Assembly: GCA_027331445.1 (NCBI GenBank)
Contig: DAHWUD010000002.1
Span: forward strand, 77,018-141,017
Source of the DNA: Candidatus Amesbacteria bacterium
GTDB taxonomy: Bacteria > Patescibacteriota > Microgenomatia > CAZETR01 > Amesbacteraceae
Length of the DNA: 64,000 nucleotides
Reading direction: 5' to 3'
Part shown: positions 35,931 to 45,379 of the stretch, piece after piece
Position numbering within the stretch: position 1 is the first letter of the stretch
Layout of the letters: each line of letters starts with the position of its first letter
The notes under the pieces: model-generated
Told to the model about the DNA's origin: nothing
The model's database searches: none
Seen by the model: the letters and a program-made list of their open reading frames with translations, nothing else
Position numbers and translations under genes: made by a program

Positions 35931-37942
35931 GGCGAATAGTTAATCGTAAAATCATCTAATATCGGCGCCACCGAAGGGGCGTTGCTGCTGAATATGGCCC
36001 TGTATTCAAAGCACTGGCCCGGATTGGTGTAATTTCCGTTAGTCGCCAGCGGTACCACCCCTTGCAGCACCAGCGGCCCGGTTCCTGCCACGGTAAAGTA
36101 CTGCCCGGGATCGGCGTTCGGCCCCACAAAAGTGTAACTGGCATTGGCACAGCTCCCGCCCACAGCCGCCGCTACCGCCACTTGAATCCCCAGTGACGTA
36201 TTTTGCGGCTGGTCAATATTTGCCTGGAATCTATTCCACGCCGTAGACCCTCCGGCATTTTTATACGTCGACGTGTAAGTTCCCGAATTGACATATGTTC
36301 CCCCGTTCCCCCCCAAAATCATTTTCAGTTCCGCATGTGTATCCCCGGTCACAATATATGAGTAGGCATACCCGTCCGGCTGCAGCACCGCCGCCACCGC
36401 AAATGCCCCGCCGGAAATCGCCAATCCCGCCGTTACCCCGTTATGAGTACACGCCGTCGGGCTCGCCGGGTTTGTCACATCCATGACCTGGTACTGATAA
36501 GTCCCTCCCGTTCCCACCACTACCGCCCGGTTTCCCGTCAACCAGGCCACCCCCATGGGACTCATGCCGTTAGTACTCGCACCCCCTTCCGGAGTTAATG
36601 TCCCGGACGGTGTCGCGATATTCACGCTGAAAAAATCGTTCAGCGACCCGGACGCATAGCTGGTCACCACATACGCCGTCGACCCGTTCACCGATACGTC
36701 CGTCCCCGGCTGCCCGTTGCCCAGGTTTGATGAAGCCACAATCACCGGCGTAGTTGGGTCCGTGACATCAATAACTTGCAGCTGCGTCGTCGCGGAATTC
36801 ACCGCTACATATGCGTAAGTCTTCCCGTTGGCGCTCACCACTGTGACTTTACTGCCGGTCCCGGCCAGGGTCGGCACAAAAGTCGTGTTCAGCTGCGGCC
36901 GCGATCCGCTGTGCCCCGCCAGATCTCCGCTTCCCAGACCAAAGGTATAAAACTGGTTCCCGTCGGTCATGTACCCCACGTTATTCAGTACGTACACGCT
37001 GTTTCCCTGACCTTGCCCCGGCGCATCAAACCATCCGATCTCGGAAAATGTCGGCGGACTCCCCGATACCGAACCCATATCCAGTATCTGTATCTCCTGC
37101 GAATGGTTTGTCGTCGCAATGTAGCCGTAGTTATTTTCCGTAAACACCCCGTTGGACTTGGAATTATCAAATTGCCCGGAGACTGTAGCCACCGGCGGGT
37201 TGTTCCCCGCCACGTTTATTTCCGCAAACGTCGGCCCGGAAGCGTTTCCCCCCGTCCCGGTCACGACCGTCCCCGGATACGCCGCAATGGCCGTCGGCAC
37301 CCCCTGCCCCGACAAATCGACCGAAGTTACGGACAAACTGGGGTCGCACCAATTTCCCCCTCCCCCTCCCGCCCCCAGCGTTACCTCACCCCCGTTGTTA
37401 TTCGTTACCGCCGTCCCTGAATTTACCCCCGCATTAAAATCCGCCTGCGTCGTCTGTATCCACGACAGGTTGTCAAAATACCGTGTCACATACATCGGCA
37501 AATCCAGGGTGTAGTTTGTCGGCGAATTCCAGGACACTATCGCATCCACCTTTTTTGTCGACGGGTCCGGCGTTCCCGACAGCCCGATCGCCCCGGTTGC
37601 GTCCCGGTACACATCGCTCACCACCACTGATCTCGTGAACCCGTTCACCGTCTCCGCCCCGGTCGGCATCGGCATCACCCATGCCCCCGACCCGCTTGCC
37701 AGATGGTAAGTTCCGTCCACGGCAAAACTTGTCCACCCGGAATCTATAATTACCCGCACCGCTTCCAGTGCTCCCCGGGCCCAGGCCACGGCGTCCTCCC
37801 GCTGCAATTGCTGCGCCTTGCCTTCGGTGGAAGACACCACTCCCGTAAGTAAAGCCGGCAACAGCACCGCCGCCAGCCCCATGGCCAGCACCAGCTCCAC
37901 CAGCGCCTGACCTTTCTTAATTAATCGCCACCGGTACCCCAT
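35927..37942 (-). CDS. Large pseudopilin with beta-propeller-like repeats (candidate pilus tip/adhesin)
   Basis: KKGQALVELVLAMGLAAVLL prepilin-like N-terminus. 671 aa. Repeated ...YAYVAVNSATTQLQVIDVTDPT.../...TAYVVTSYASGSLNDFFSVNI... (LVIVD-like) segments. Gly/Thr/Asn-rich. Confidence 0.6.
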   Translation of the reverse strand: MGYRWRLIKKGQALVELVLAMGLAAVLLPALLTGVVSSTEGKAQQLQREDAVAWARGALEAVRVIIDSGWTSFAVDGTYHLASGSGAWVMPMPTGAETVNGFTRSVVVSDVYRDATGAIGLSGTPDPSTKKVDAIVSWNSPTNYTLDLPMYVTRYFDNLSWIQTTQADFNAGVNSGTAVTNNNGGEVTLGAGGGGGNWCDPSLSVTSVDLSGQGVPTAIAAYPGTVVTGTGGNASGPTFAEINVAGNNPPVATVSGQFDNSKSNGVFTENNYGYIATTNHSQEIQILDMGSVSGSPPTFSEIGWFDAPGQGQGNSVYVLNNVGYMTDGNQFYTFGLGSGDLAGHSGSRPQLNTTFVPTLAGTGSKVTVVSANGKTYAYVAVNSATTQLQVIDVTDPTTPVIVASSNLGNGQPGTDVSVNGSTAYVVTSYASGSLNDFFSVNIATPSGTLTPEGGASTNGMSPMGVAWLTGNRAVVVGTGGTYQYQVMDVTNPASPTACTHNGVTAGLAISGGAFAVAAVLQPDGYAYSYIVTGDTHAELKMILGGNGGTYVNSGTYTSTYKNAGGSTAWNRFQANIDQPQNTSLGIQVAVAAAVGGSCANASYTFVGPNADPGQYFTVAGTGPLVLQGVVPLATNGNYTNPGQCFEYRAIFSSNAPSVAPILDDFTINYSP

Positions 37943-38393
37943 ATTGATTTATAGTAATAGTTTTTGTTGTCCCGTTATCAGGATCGGTTAAGGCAAAGCT
38001 GTCCGTGGCACTGCTCCACCCCGCCACCTCTCCGCTGCCGTCGCTGAACACCACCACCCCCCCGGGAAAGTTCACATTGGCAAAACTGATTGTGGAATCC
38101 AGATTCACCACAAAATTCGCCGCATCTCCGGCCGCATAGCTGTTTCCCCGGAAAAGCGTATACGCGTCCGTCCCGAAATAAATTCCGTAGCTGGAAATCG
38201 TCCCCGTCCCTTCAGTATCCCCCGTCATCGCCCTGATGCGTTGCTCCCGCAGATCGGACACCACCTGGACGACCGCCGCGTCCATCCCCGACTGCCGCTG
38301 TGATCCTACCAGATTCATCGTCCCCAATACCGCCAGGGAACTGATAATCGCCGCCACAATTATTAATTCCACTAATGTAAACCCCCGTCGCAT
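37917..38393 (-). CDS. Prepilin-type minor pilin, GspH/FimT-like
   Basis: MRRG|FTLVELIIVAAIISSLAVL. 158 aa. Confidence 0.7.
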   Translation of the reverse strand: MRRGFTLVELIIVAAIISSLAVLGTMNLVGSQRQSGMDAAVVQVVSDLREQRIRAMTGDTEGTGTISSYGIYFGTDAYTLFRGNSYAAGDAANFVVNLDSTISFANVNFPGGVVVFSDGSGEVAGWSSATDSFALTDPDNGTTKTITINQYGVPVAIN

Positions 38394-38394
38394 A

Positions 38395-39450
38395 TTACAT
38401 GGACCCTACCTGACCGATCATGCCGTAGATAGGGGCAATAATTGCCATCATCATTCCCCCCACGCACACCGCCACCAGAATGAGCATCACCGGTTCCATA
38501 ATTGCCGTCGCCATTTTCAGGGAGTTGGCCACCTGGTAGTCCAGATGGGTCGAAATATCGGACATAGCCTTATCGAGCGACCCACTTCTCTCCCCCGCCT
38601 CCACCAGCTTAATTACAATTGAGGGAATTATCCCCTTTCCGGTTCGCAGTCCCTCCGACAGTTTTTTCCCTCCCATCACCATCTCCCGGCTTTTGCCGAT
38701 CAATTGGGCCGTCTGCTTCCGAAATACTACTTCCCGTGACAGCTCCAGCGCTGACGTAATCGGCACCCCGGAGGACAGCAGCAAAAACATACTCCGGGAA
38801 AACTTGGACAGGTCTATCTCTTTCATCAGTTTGGACACCACCGGCATCCGGTAAAACAGTTCCAGTAAACCGGCCTTGTTTCTTTTGTACAAAAACGCAA
38901 ACAGCCCGCCTATGATCAGAATTCCCCCGACGAGATACAGCGTGTGTTTCAACAGCAGATCAGACATGAATATCATGATCTTGGTCGGCAGCGGCAGTGT
39001 CACCCGCAGCCGCGAAAACACCGTGGAAATCTTCGGCACCACAAACACCAGCATTACCGCCATCACGCCCGCAAACACCACCAAAATGAGAGCCGGGTAC
39101 ATCATGGCAAATTTAATACTGTCCGCAAACTCCATATCCTTCTGGATATGTTCCTCCAGATCCCGCAGTGTAATTTCTAAAGTTCCCGCCTGCTCCGCCG
39201 CTTTGATGAGATTAACCGTCACTTTGTCAAAACACCTGGGATAACTGGCCAGGGACGTGGAAATCTGCTTTCCCTGCATCAGATCCGCCTTAATCGTTTC
39301 CAGGATTTTTTTCTGGTTCCCCTTGGTATCCTCAGCAATCGAATTCACGGCTTCCAGTATGGGAATCCCGGCCGTGAGCATCGTTGTCAGGTTACCGATC
39401 AGCTCGATTTTCTCTCCCCCGGACAGGGATATTTTAGATGTTGTAGCCAT
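38395..39450 (-). CDS. pilC: Type IV pilus assembly platform protein PilC (GspF family)
   Basis: Two T2SSF repeats. 351 aa. 3 TM. Confidence 0.9.
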   Translation of the reverse strand: MATTSKISLSGGEKIELIGNLTTMLTAGIPILEAVNSIAEDTKGNQKKILETIKADLMQGKQISTSLASYPRCFDKVTVNLIKAAEQAGTLEITLRDLEEHIQKDMEFADSIKFAMMYPALILVVFAGVMAVMLVFVVPKISTVFSRLRVTLPLPTKIMIFMSDLLLKHTLYLVGGILIIGGLFAFLYKRNKAGLLELFYRMPVVSKLMKEIDLSKFSRSMFLLLSSGVPITSALELSREVVFRKQTAQLIGKSREMVMGGKKLSEGLRTGKGIIPSIVIKLVEAGERSGSLDKAMSDISTHLDYQVANSLKMATAIMEPVMLILVAVCVGGMMMAIIAPIYGMIGQVGSM

Positions 39451-39453
39451 AAT

Positions 39454-41139
39454 TTAACTCATAAACTCGGCTTTGGTTGCCCGCAGCACTTCTTCAATTG
39501 TCGTCACTCCCCGGTTTATTTTGTCCAGCCCGTCCTGCAGCATGGTCCGCATCCCCTCCTCTATTGCCTTCTTTGCAATCAGCTCCGAATCCGCTTTCTC
39601 GGTAATCAACTTTCTGATTTCTTTAGTTATTTCCAGCACCTCAAATAGTCCCACCCGCCCGGAATATCCCGTATTCCGGCACACCCGGCAGCCCTTCCCG
39701 GCGTAGGCGCTCACCTTGTGGTTAGACCCGAATACCACCCGCAGCGATTCCTGGGGAAAATTCTTGGTAAATTCTTCCCATTCCACGGCAATTTCCTGTT
39801 TGCATTGTTGGCAAATCCGTCTCACCAGCCGTTGTGCCACTATTATATTCACGGTCGACGCCACCAAAAACGGCTCCACTTTCATGTCTGATAGCCGCGG
39901 GATAGCCGTCGCTGCGTCATTCGTGTGCAGCGTGGACAGTACCAAATGCCCCGTTAGGGCAGCGTTTACGGCAATCCCCGCCGTCTCGTTATCCCGGATT
40001 TCCCCCACAAAGATCACGTTGGGGTCCTGCCGTAAAATAGACCTTAGCCCGTTGGCAAACGTCAGATTAGTCTTCACATTTACCTGGATTTGATTGGCCC
40101 CCTTAATCCGGTACTCCACCGGGTCCTCAATCGTGGTGATGTTCTTTTCCCGTGTATTCAGTACCTTGAGCACGGAATAAATTGATGTCGTTTTTCCCGA
40201 TCCCGTCGGCCCGGTGGACAGCACCATCCCGTAGGACTTGGTATAAGCTCCTTCCACTTTTTTCAAATCCGCCTCGTTCATCCCCAAATCCCCGAACGAA
40301 TAATCCCTAAAGCGTGAAGACAGCAGCCGCAGCACCGCCTTCTCCCCCGCTACGATGGGCACAATCGACACCCGAATGTCCAGAATTTCTTCCTGCAGCT
40401 GCATCCGCATTTTCCCGTCCTGCGCCGACAAATGCTCGTCCGTCCGCAGGCTCGACAGCACTTTAATCCGGGTAATGATCCGCTCATGCAGGTACTTCGG
40501 CGCCGTCACCACGTCGTGCAGTATCCCGTCGATCCGAAATCTGATCAGTGAATCCGTTTCCTCCGGTTCAATATGGATGTCCGACGCCCGCTCCTGGTAC
40601 GCCGTATCAATCAGTAAGTCCACGATTTTGGCGACCGGCGGGTCTTCAAGGACACTTCTGGCACTCCATACGTCTTCCTTCAATAGGTCATCCACCGACT
40701 TCTGTAAGTCCTTTTCGTACGTCCTCAGTACGTTAAAAATGTCCTGCTGTGTCGCCAGGTGCACCAGAATTTTTGACCCCGTCTTTTTGGCCAGCATCTC
40801 TACCACCTCCGTCTTTGCCGGATCCGCCACCGCCACCCTTATCCCTGCTCCGTCTCTGGCAAAGGCAATTATTTTTTGCCTTCGTGCCAGCCGCTCGGGC
40901 ACGATTTCAAATACCTGTTCCGGAATCTGGATCTTGGACAAGGCCACAAACGGCACTTTCAGGTACCCGGCCATTATTTGTCCCAGTTTTTCGTCCGTCA
41001 CCAGTCCCCGGTCCATCAGTACGTCATCAAACGACCGTCCGGTCGTCACCGCATAAGCCTCCAGCTCCGGCAGGTCTTTTTCCGCCACCACCCCGGCCTT
41101 GACCACCACTTCCTTAAATTTATCCTCGGGCAGGATCAT
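39454..41139 (-). CDS. pilB: Type IV pilus assembly ATPase PilB (GspE family)
   Basis: N-terminal GspE_N domain, Walker A GPTGSGKTTS, Asp box, His box and a tetracysteine (CQQC...CRVC) zinc motif. Confidence 0.9.
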   Translation of the reverse strand: MILPEDKFKEVVVKAGVVAEKDLPELEAYAVTTGRSFDDVLMDRGLVTDEKLGQIMAGYLKVPFVALSKIQIPEQVFEIVPERLARRQKIIAFARDGAGIRVAVADPAKTEVVEMLAKKTGSKILVHLATQQDIFNVLRTYEKDLQKSVDDLLKEDVWSARSVLEDPPVAKIVDLLIDTAYQERASDIHIEPEETDSLIRFRIDGILHDVVTAPKYLHERIITRIKVLSSLRTDEHLSAQDGKMRMQLQEEILDIRVSIVPIVAGEKAVLRLLSSRFRDYSFGDLGMNEADLKKVEGAYTKSYGMVLSTGPTGSGKTTSIYSVLKVLNTREKNITTIEDPVEYRIKGANQIQVNVKTNLTFANGLRSILRQDPNVIFVGEIRDNETAGIAVNAALTGHLVLSTLHTNDAATAIPRLSDMKVEPFLVASTVNIIVAQRLVRRICQQCKQEIAVEWEEFTKNFPQESLRVVFGSNHKVSAYAGKGCRVCRNTGYSGRVGLFEVLEITKEIRKLITEKADSELIAKKAIEEGMRTMLQDGLDKINRGVTTIEEVLRATKAEFMS

Positions 41140-41168
41140 ACTTAGATTCCATTATATATACCTTTGCC

Positions 41169-41615
41169 CTAATTTAATATCCAAATTGAAACATTTAACA
41201 CGGCGGCAAAACTTACCCAAGCCAGATATGGCCCCATCAGCCAAACAACTGCCTTATCCTTCCTGTAAAAGTCGCGCATCGCCAAAACTATTGCTGCCGT
41301 CAAAAACAGTATCTCCCCCACCGCTGCCTTCGGCTGTTTCAGTCCGAAAAAAATTACCGACCACACCACATTTAATCCCAACTGCACCCAAAACCATTTC
41401 AAATTTACTTTCTTGCTCCATCCCCTGGCCAGCGCAATTCCCATCAGTAAAAACAACGTCGTCCACACCGGAGCAAACACCCAATTCGGCGGATTAAACG
41501 GCGGTTTAACCAGCCCCGCATACCAGGTCCCGATATTCGGCGTCGTAAATACCGACCCCAAAATCCCCGCCCCTTCGCAAATCACAATCGCCGCCGCCAG
41601 CCGCCTTATTGTCAT
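41169..41615 (-). CDS. tspO: TspO/MBR family tryptophan-rich sensory protein
   Basis: WYAGLVKPPFNPPNWVFAPVWTTLFLLMG. 5 TM. 148 aa. Confidence 0.75.
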   Translation of the reverse strand: MTIRRLAAAIVICEGAGILGSVFTTPNIGTWYAGLVKPPFNPPNWVFAPVWTTLFLLMGIALARGWSKKVNLKWFWVQLGLNVVWSVIFFGLKQPKAAVGEILFLTAAIVLAMRDFYRKDKAVVWLMGPYLAWVSFAAVLNVSIWILN

Positions 41616-41639
41616 CTCTTCTATAATAATCCCACCGCC

Positions 41640-42005
41640 ATGAAAGACTATCCTTTAACCCCGGCCGAAAAAGCCGTTATTGAAGATGCCCGCACCGAAA
41701 CGCCTTTTTCCGGTGAGTACGATGATTTCTTTATCCCCGGCACCTACATCTGCTGCCGCTGCCACACCCCCCTTTACAAATCTGAAAACAAATTTGATGC
41801 CCGCTGCGGTTGGCCGGCTTTTGACAACGAGATTCCCGGCACCATCAAACTTCTTCCCGACCCGGACGGCCAGAGAACCGAAATCCGCTGTGCCGCCTGC
41901 GACGCCCATTTGGGCCACGTTTTTACGGGTGAACACTTCACCCCGACCGATACCCGCCACTGCGTCAACTCCCTGTCCTTAAAATTCATTCCCGCCAGGC
42001 CTTAG
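41640..42005 (+). CDS. msrB: Peptide-methionine (R)-S-oxide reductase MsrB
   Basis: CxxC zinc site (CCRCH...CAAC), CGWPAF, HLGHVF and RHCVNS motifs. Confidence 0.9.
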   Translation: MKDYPLTPAEKAVIEDARTETPFSGEYDDFFIPGTYICCRCHTPLYKSENKFDARCGWPAFDNEIPGTIKLLPDPDGQRTEIRCAACDAHLGHVFTGEHFTPTDTRHCVNSLSLKFIPARP

Positions 42006-42117
42006 GGTATAATCTCCCCATGCCTGAAACCCCACCCACCTCGGAAACCCAGGGTCGAAAAATTTCGCTTTCATCGCTATCAATGGGCTCGTAGATATAC
42101 CAGAAGCCGCAATTGAA

Positions 42118-42702
42118 ATGGCCACCAAACATTTTGGCACCATCGGCTTTAAATCCAATTGGGGCAGCACGGAAACCATTGACGAAAAAGCCGACCGGCT
42201 TGACGAATTGGTTTCCAGCCTCAAAGCTCAAGATTTAGAAGTTGTCCTTGTAGGTATGAGCGCCGGTGGCGGCTTTTCCGAATACTATGAATTAACACAT
42301 CCCGGTAAAATTAACCACATTTACTCTCTCGATGGCACTCTCGATACCAAAGTTCCCGGCCAGAAATTAGAAGAGTTGGCCAAGAAGTATCCTTCATTTC
42401 AAGAAATGATGACCTTCAATAATGCCAACCTCACCCCCGAAAATATTGAGAAATATCAATTAGACGAAAAAACCACTGCTTATTACTCCAAAACCGATAG
42501 CATCGTGCCCAAATCAGTCGCTGCCCCATCCTGGGTGAAAGGTGGCCGCATCAGTGCGATGAACTTTCCCGCAATGACTCATGTCGCTGCCATCGGTACC
42601 AGGTTTGTGAACGAAATCGCCACTATCATTTCTGAAGCCAAGGAAAAAGGCCAGCTTCCTTCCCGAGCCCCCGGACAATGGATAAACCAAAACTCGAAAT
42701 AG
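42118..42702 (+). CDS. Alpha/beta-hydrolase-like protein (GMSAGG nucleophile elbow), apparently N-terminally truncated
   Basis: GxSxG lies at aa about 45. The in-frame upstream sequence (42028-42117) reads as plausible protein (NFAFIAINGLVDIPEAAIE) but has no start codon. Confidence 0.45.
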   Translation: MATKHFGTIGFKSNWGSTETIDEKADRLDELVSSLKAQDLEVVLVGMSAGGGFSEYYELTHPGKINHIYSLDGTLDTKVPGQKLEELAKKYPSFQEMMTFNNANLTPENIEKYQLDEKTTAYYSKTDSIVPKSVAAPSWVKGGRISAMNFPAMTHVAAIGTRFVNEIATIISEAKEKGQLPSRAPGQWINQNSK

Positions 42703-43193
42703 CCGTTTTTGGTGGTGGTTGCTTCTGGTGTACCGAAGCCATTTTTCAGCGCCTTAGAGGAGTCATCTCTGTCTCTCCTGGATACTCCGGAGGCACGGTT
42801 CCAAATCCTACCTACGAACAAGTCTGCACTGGTACAACTGGTCACGCCGAAGTCGCCCGCATCGAATTCGATCCCCAAATCATTTCTTATTCCGATCTAT
42901 TAGAAGTCTTCTTCACCACTCACGACCCCACTACCAAAAATCAGCAAGGCGCCGACGTCGGTCCCCAATACCGCTCGGTGATTTTTTATACTTCAGCTGC
43001 TCAAAAAACCGCTGCCAAGACCATTCTCCCCCCACATGCCGTCACCGAAATCTTGCCCTTAGACCAATTTTATCCCGCCGAAAATTATCACCAGAATTAT
43101 TTCAACAGCCACAAAGACGCCCCCTACTGCCAATTAGTCATCGCCCCTAAAATCCGAAAGCTTCTTGACCATTACGGCCGTCTCATTACCTGA
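42678..43193 (+). CDS. msrA: Peptide-methionine (S)-S-oxide reductase MsrA
   Basis: AVFGGGCFWCTEA (GCFWC active site). Confidence 0.9.
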   Translation: MDKPKLEIAVFGGGCFWCTEAIFQRLRGVISVSPGYSGGTVPNPTYEQVCTGTTGHAEVARIEFDPQIISYSDLLEVFFTTHDPTTKNQQGADVGPQYRSVIFYTSAAQKTAAKTILPPHAVTEILPLDQFYPAENYHQNYFNSHKDAPYCQLVIAPKIRKLLDHYGRLIT

Positions 43194-43644
43194 CCACCCA
43201 CCGCAACCCCTCCAGTCCTGCCCAAACCACCAGCCCGATCCAGTAATCCGTAGGCAGCCCCAGCCATCTTTTCGCATGCCAGGGAATCTCCACCGTCAGA
43301 AATTTTTTCATTCCCCACAGCGGATTAATTACAAACCACCACACACTCTCTATCCACCAAAATCCCCACCATAGCTCCACTATCTGTAACCAGTTGCCCC
43401 ACGACAACACCAGCCCGAACAAAAACGGCAGGTGAAACAAAAACAATGTCAGCGTCCACACCGCCAGGTGATAGCCGGTAATATACGGCCATCCGATCAC
43501 CGGATATAGCGGGTTTTTCATTCTCCCCGTCGCCGTCTTGGCGCTCCACCCGTACCCTCCCTCAATCTCCACTTCCACCACCGCCATCCACGCCGCGCAC
43601 CCGATCACAAACAGCCACTGGGCCCACATTCTTCTATCATACAC
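43186..43644 (-). CDS. Hypothetical Trp-rich integral membrane protein
   Basis: 152 aa, 4 predicted TM helices, many Trp. Confidence 0.45.
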   Translation of the reverse strand: MYDRRMWAQWLFVIGCAAWMAVVEVEIEGGYGWSAKTATGRMKNPLYPVIGWPYITGYHLAVWTLTLFLFHLPFLFGLVLSWGNWLQIVELWWGFWWIESVWWFVINPLWGMKKFLTVEIPWHAKRWLGLPTDYWIGLVVWAGLEGLRWVVR

Positions 43645-43651
43645 AAAATCT

Positions 43652-44065
43652 TTACTTCCCCAAATCCTTCAGCCCGGTCCCGACTCTCCAGCCCCACTTT
43701 TCATATACCATATTCCCGGGATTCCGCATTTTCATCGGCAAAATTACCATCCCCTCTTTTGTCTCCAGCCAAAACCCGTATTTATTGTTCGGCCCAAAAG
43801 CCAGCCCCGGCAGCAGTTCCTTCGCGATCTGCTGTACCTGTGGTAATCCGATCTCCCCGATTTCATATTTTTGCTCCATGGTAGCCAGTAGACTCACCAC
43901 CGTCTGCATCTCATTTTGGTTAATTTCCTGCTGACAGCTCATCTGCTGTGCCACCGCCTGTCTTTGCACCTGGCCCGCTTTTAACCTATATCCGGCGGCC
44001 CCCCCGAGCCCCAACGCTACCACCCCCGTCACCACTACCGCCAGTGGCACCCGCCATTTTTTCAT
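43652..44065 (-). CDS. Hypothetical secreted protein
   Basis: N-terminal signal/TM anchor. 137 aa. Confidence 0.4.
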   Translation of the reverse strand: MKKWRVPLAVVVTGVVALGLGGAAGYRLKAGQVQRQAVAQQMSCQQEINQNEMQTVVSLLATMEQKYEIGEIGLPQVQQIAKELLPGLAFGPNNKYGFWLETKEGMVILPMKMRNPGNMVYEKWGWRVGTGLKDLGK

Positions 44066-44069
44066 CCCC

Positions 44070-44744
44070 CTAAGTATACCCGATTCGCTTTTCGCTTTCC
44101 CGGGCCAAAACCGCCACCTTTTCCAGTACCTGCGCCGACAGCCTTCGCACCCGCTCCCGGTCTTCCGCCTCTCCCGTTATGTATAAAGCCTTTCCCACCG
44201 TCATCGCATACGGCCCGGACAGGTACCACGTTCCCAACTCCCGCGTCCCCTTCACCACCGAATATACCCGCTTGACTCTCTCTTTTCTCACTCCGATCCC
44301 CACCGGCACAACCGGCGCTTTTGCCGTCAGTGCCAGCCTCACCGCTCCCGTCTTCGGCTTTCCCATCCCTCCCTCCGCCGGGCTGATATCTCCCTCCATA
44401 AATACGATTATCGTCTTGCCTCTTCTCAAAAGCCCCGCCGCCGCTTCAAACGCCTTGTGTCCTTCTCCCGGTTTTACCGGAATGTGCCGGCACCATTTCA
44501 GATACACTCCGAAAACCGGAATTTTAAATAATACCTCCTTTATCAGAATTATCGCGTGCTCCCGGGACAAGGCCGTGATCAAAAACGGGTCGGATGTGGT
44601 GGGATGGTTGGCTACAATTACTTTCGCCCCCCGGGGCATCGGCGCCTGTCTCACGATATCCATTGAAAGCCCCACCTCCATGTATAGCCTGACCAGCTTC
44701 CTGCCCGCAAAGTACATCAGCCTGTCGCCAAAAAACCTGACCAT
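44070..44744 (-). CDS. plsC: 1-acyl-sn-glycerol-3-phosphate acyltransferase family (PlsC-like)
   Basis: NHPTTSD (HX4D acyltransferase motif), FMEGDIS (FPEGTR-like), VPVGI. Confidence 0.75.
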   Translation of the reverse strand: MVRFFGDRLMYFAGRKLVRLYMEVGLSMDIVRQAPMPRGAKVIVANHPTTSDPFLITALSREHAIILIKEVLFKIPVFGVYLKWCRHIPVKPGEGHKAFEAAAGLLRRGKTIIVFMEGDISPAEGGMGKPKTGAVRLALTAKAPVVPVGIGVRKERVKRVYSVVKGTRELGTWYLSGPYAMTVGKALYITGEAEDRERVRRLSAQVLEKVAVLARESEKRIGYT

Positions 44745-44771
44745 GATCCCAATATTATTACTTTAGTTCCC

Positions 44772-45338
44772 TCAATTCACCCTGGAAATATATTCACCGG
44801 TAGTTGTGTCCAATATGATCATTTCTCCCTCTTTGATAAACAGCGGCACCTGGACCTCGATTCCGGTCTCCAGCTTCACCAGTTTCTTGGGCGCATTTAC
44901 CCGGTTTCCCGCCACCGAATCCGGCGCTTCCACCACTTTGAGGTTTACGTGCGGCGGCAAAATTACCCCGATCGGCTTCTCCCCCCACCATGTTACATAG
45001 CACTTCATGTCCGCGATCAAAAATCCCACCTGGTCCTCTACCAGTGATACCGGCACGCTCACCTGCTCAAATGTCCGCGGATCCATAAACACCACATCCT
45101 CCCCGTCCCGGTACAAAAACTGCATCTCTTTCTTTTCTACATCCGCTTCCTCCACCGACTCATTGGTCTTGTAGGTAAAATCCTGCACCGACCCTGTCTG
45201 CACGTTCTTAAACTTCACCCGCATAATGGGCGATCCCTTGCCGGGGGCCATAAAATCCGCCTTCATCACCTGCTGCGGCACGTCCTTAAACATCAAATAC
45301 ATGCCCTTAGCTATATTTCCCGCATTAATATTTCCCAT
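44772..45338 (-). CDS. efp: Elongation factor P
   Basis: 188 aa. KOW-like N-domain with the APGKGS loop (modifiable Lys). Three-domain length. Confidence 0.9.
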   Translation of the reverse strand: MGNINAGNIAKGMYLMFKDVPQQVMKADFMAPGKGSPIMRVKFKNVQTGSVQDFTYKTNESVEEADVEKKEMQFLYRDGEDVVFMDPRTFEQVSVPVSLVEDQVGFLIADMKCYVTWWGEKPIGVILPPHVNLKVVEAPDSVAGNRVNAPKKLVKLETGIEVQVPLFIKEGEMIILDTTTGEYISRVN

Positions 45339-45379
45339 ATATCGCCAATTTTACCCCCCACTCCTCAATTACTCAATCT

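Noticed and set aside
40749-41145. Plus-strand Pro-rich ORFs (PPPP...) overlapping pilB
   Set aside because: They are antisense to a gene with Walker A and GspE motifs. The composition is an artefact of GC-rich codons read in reverse.
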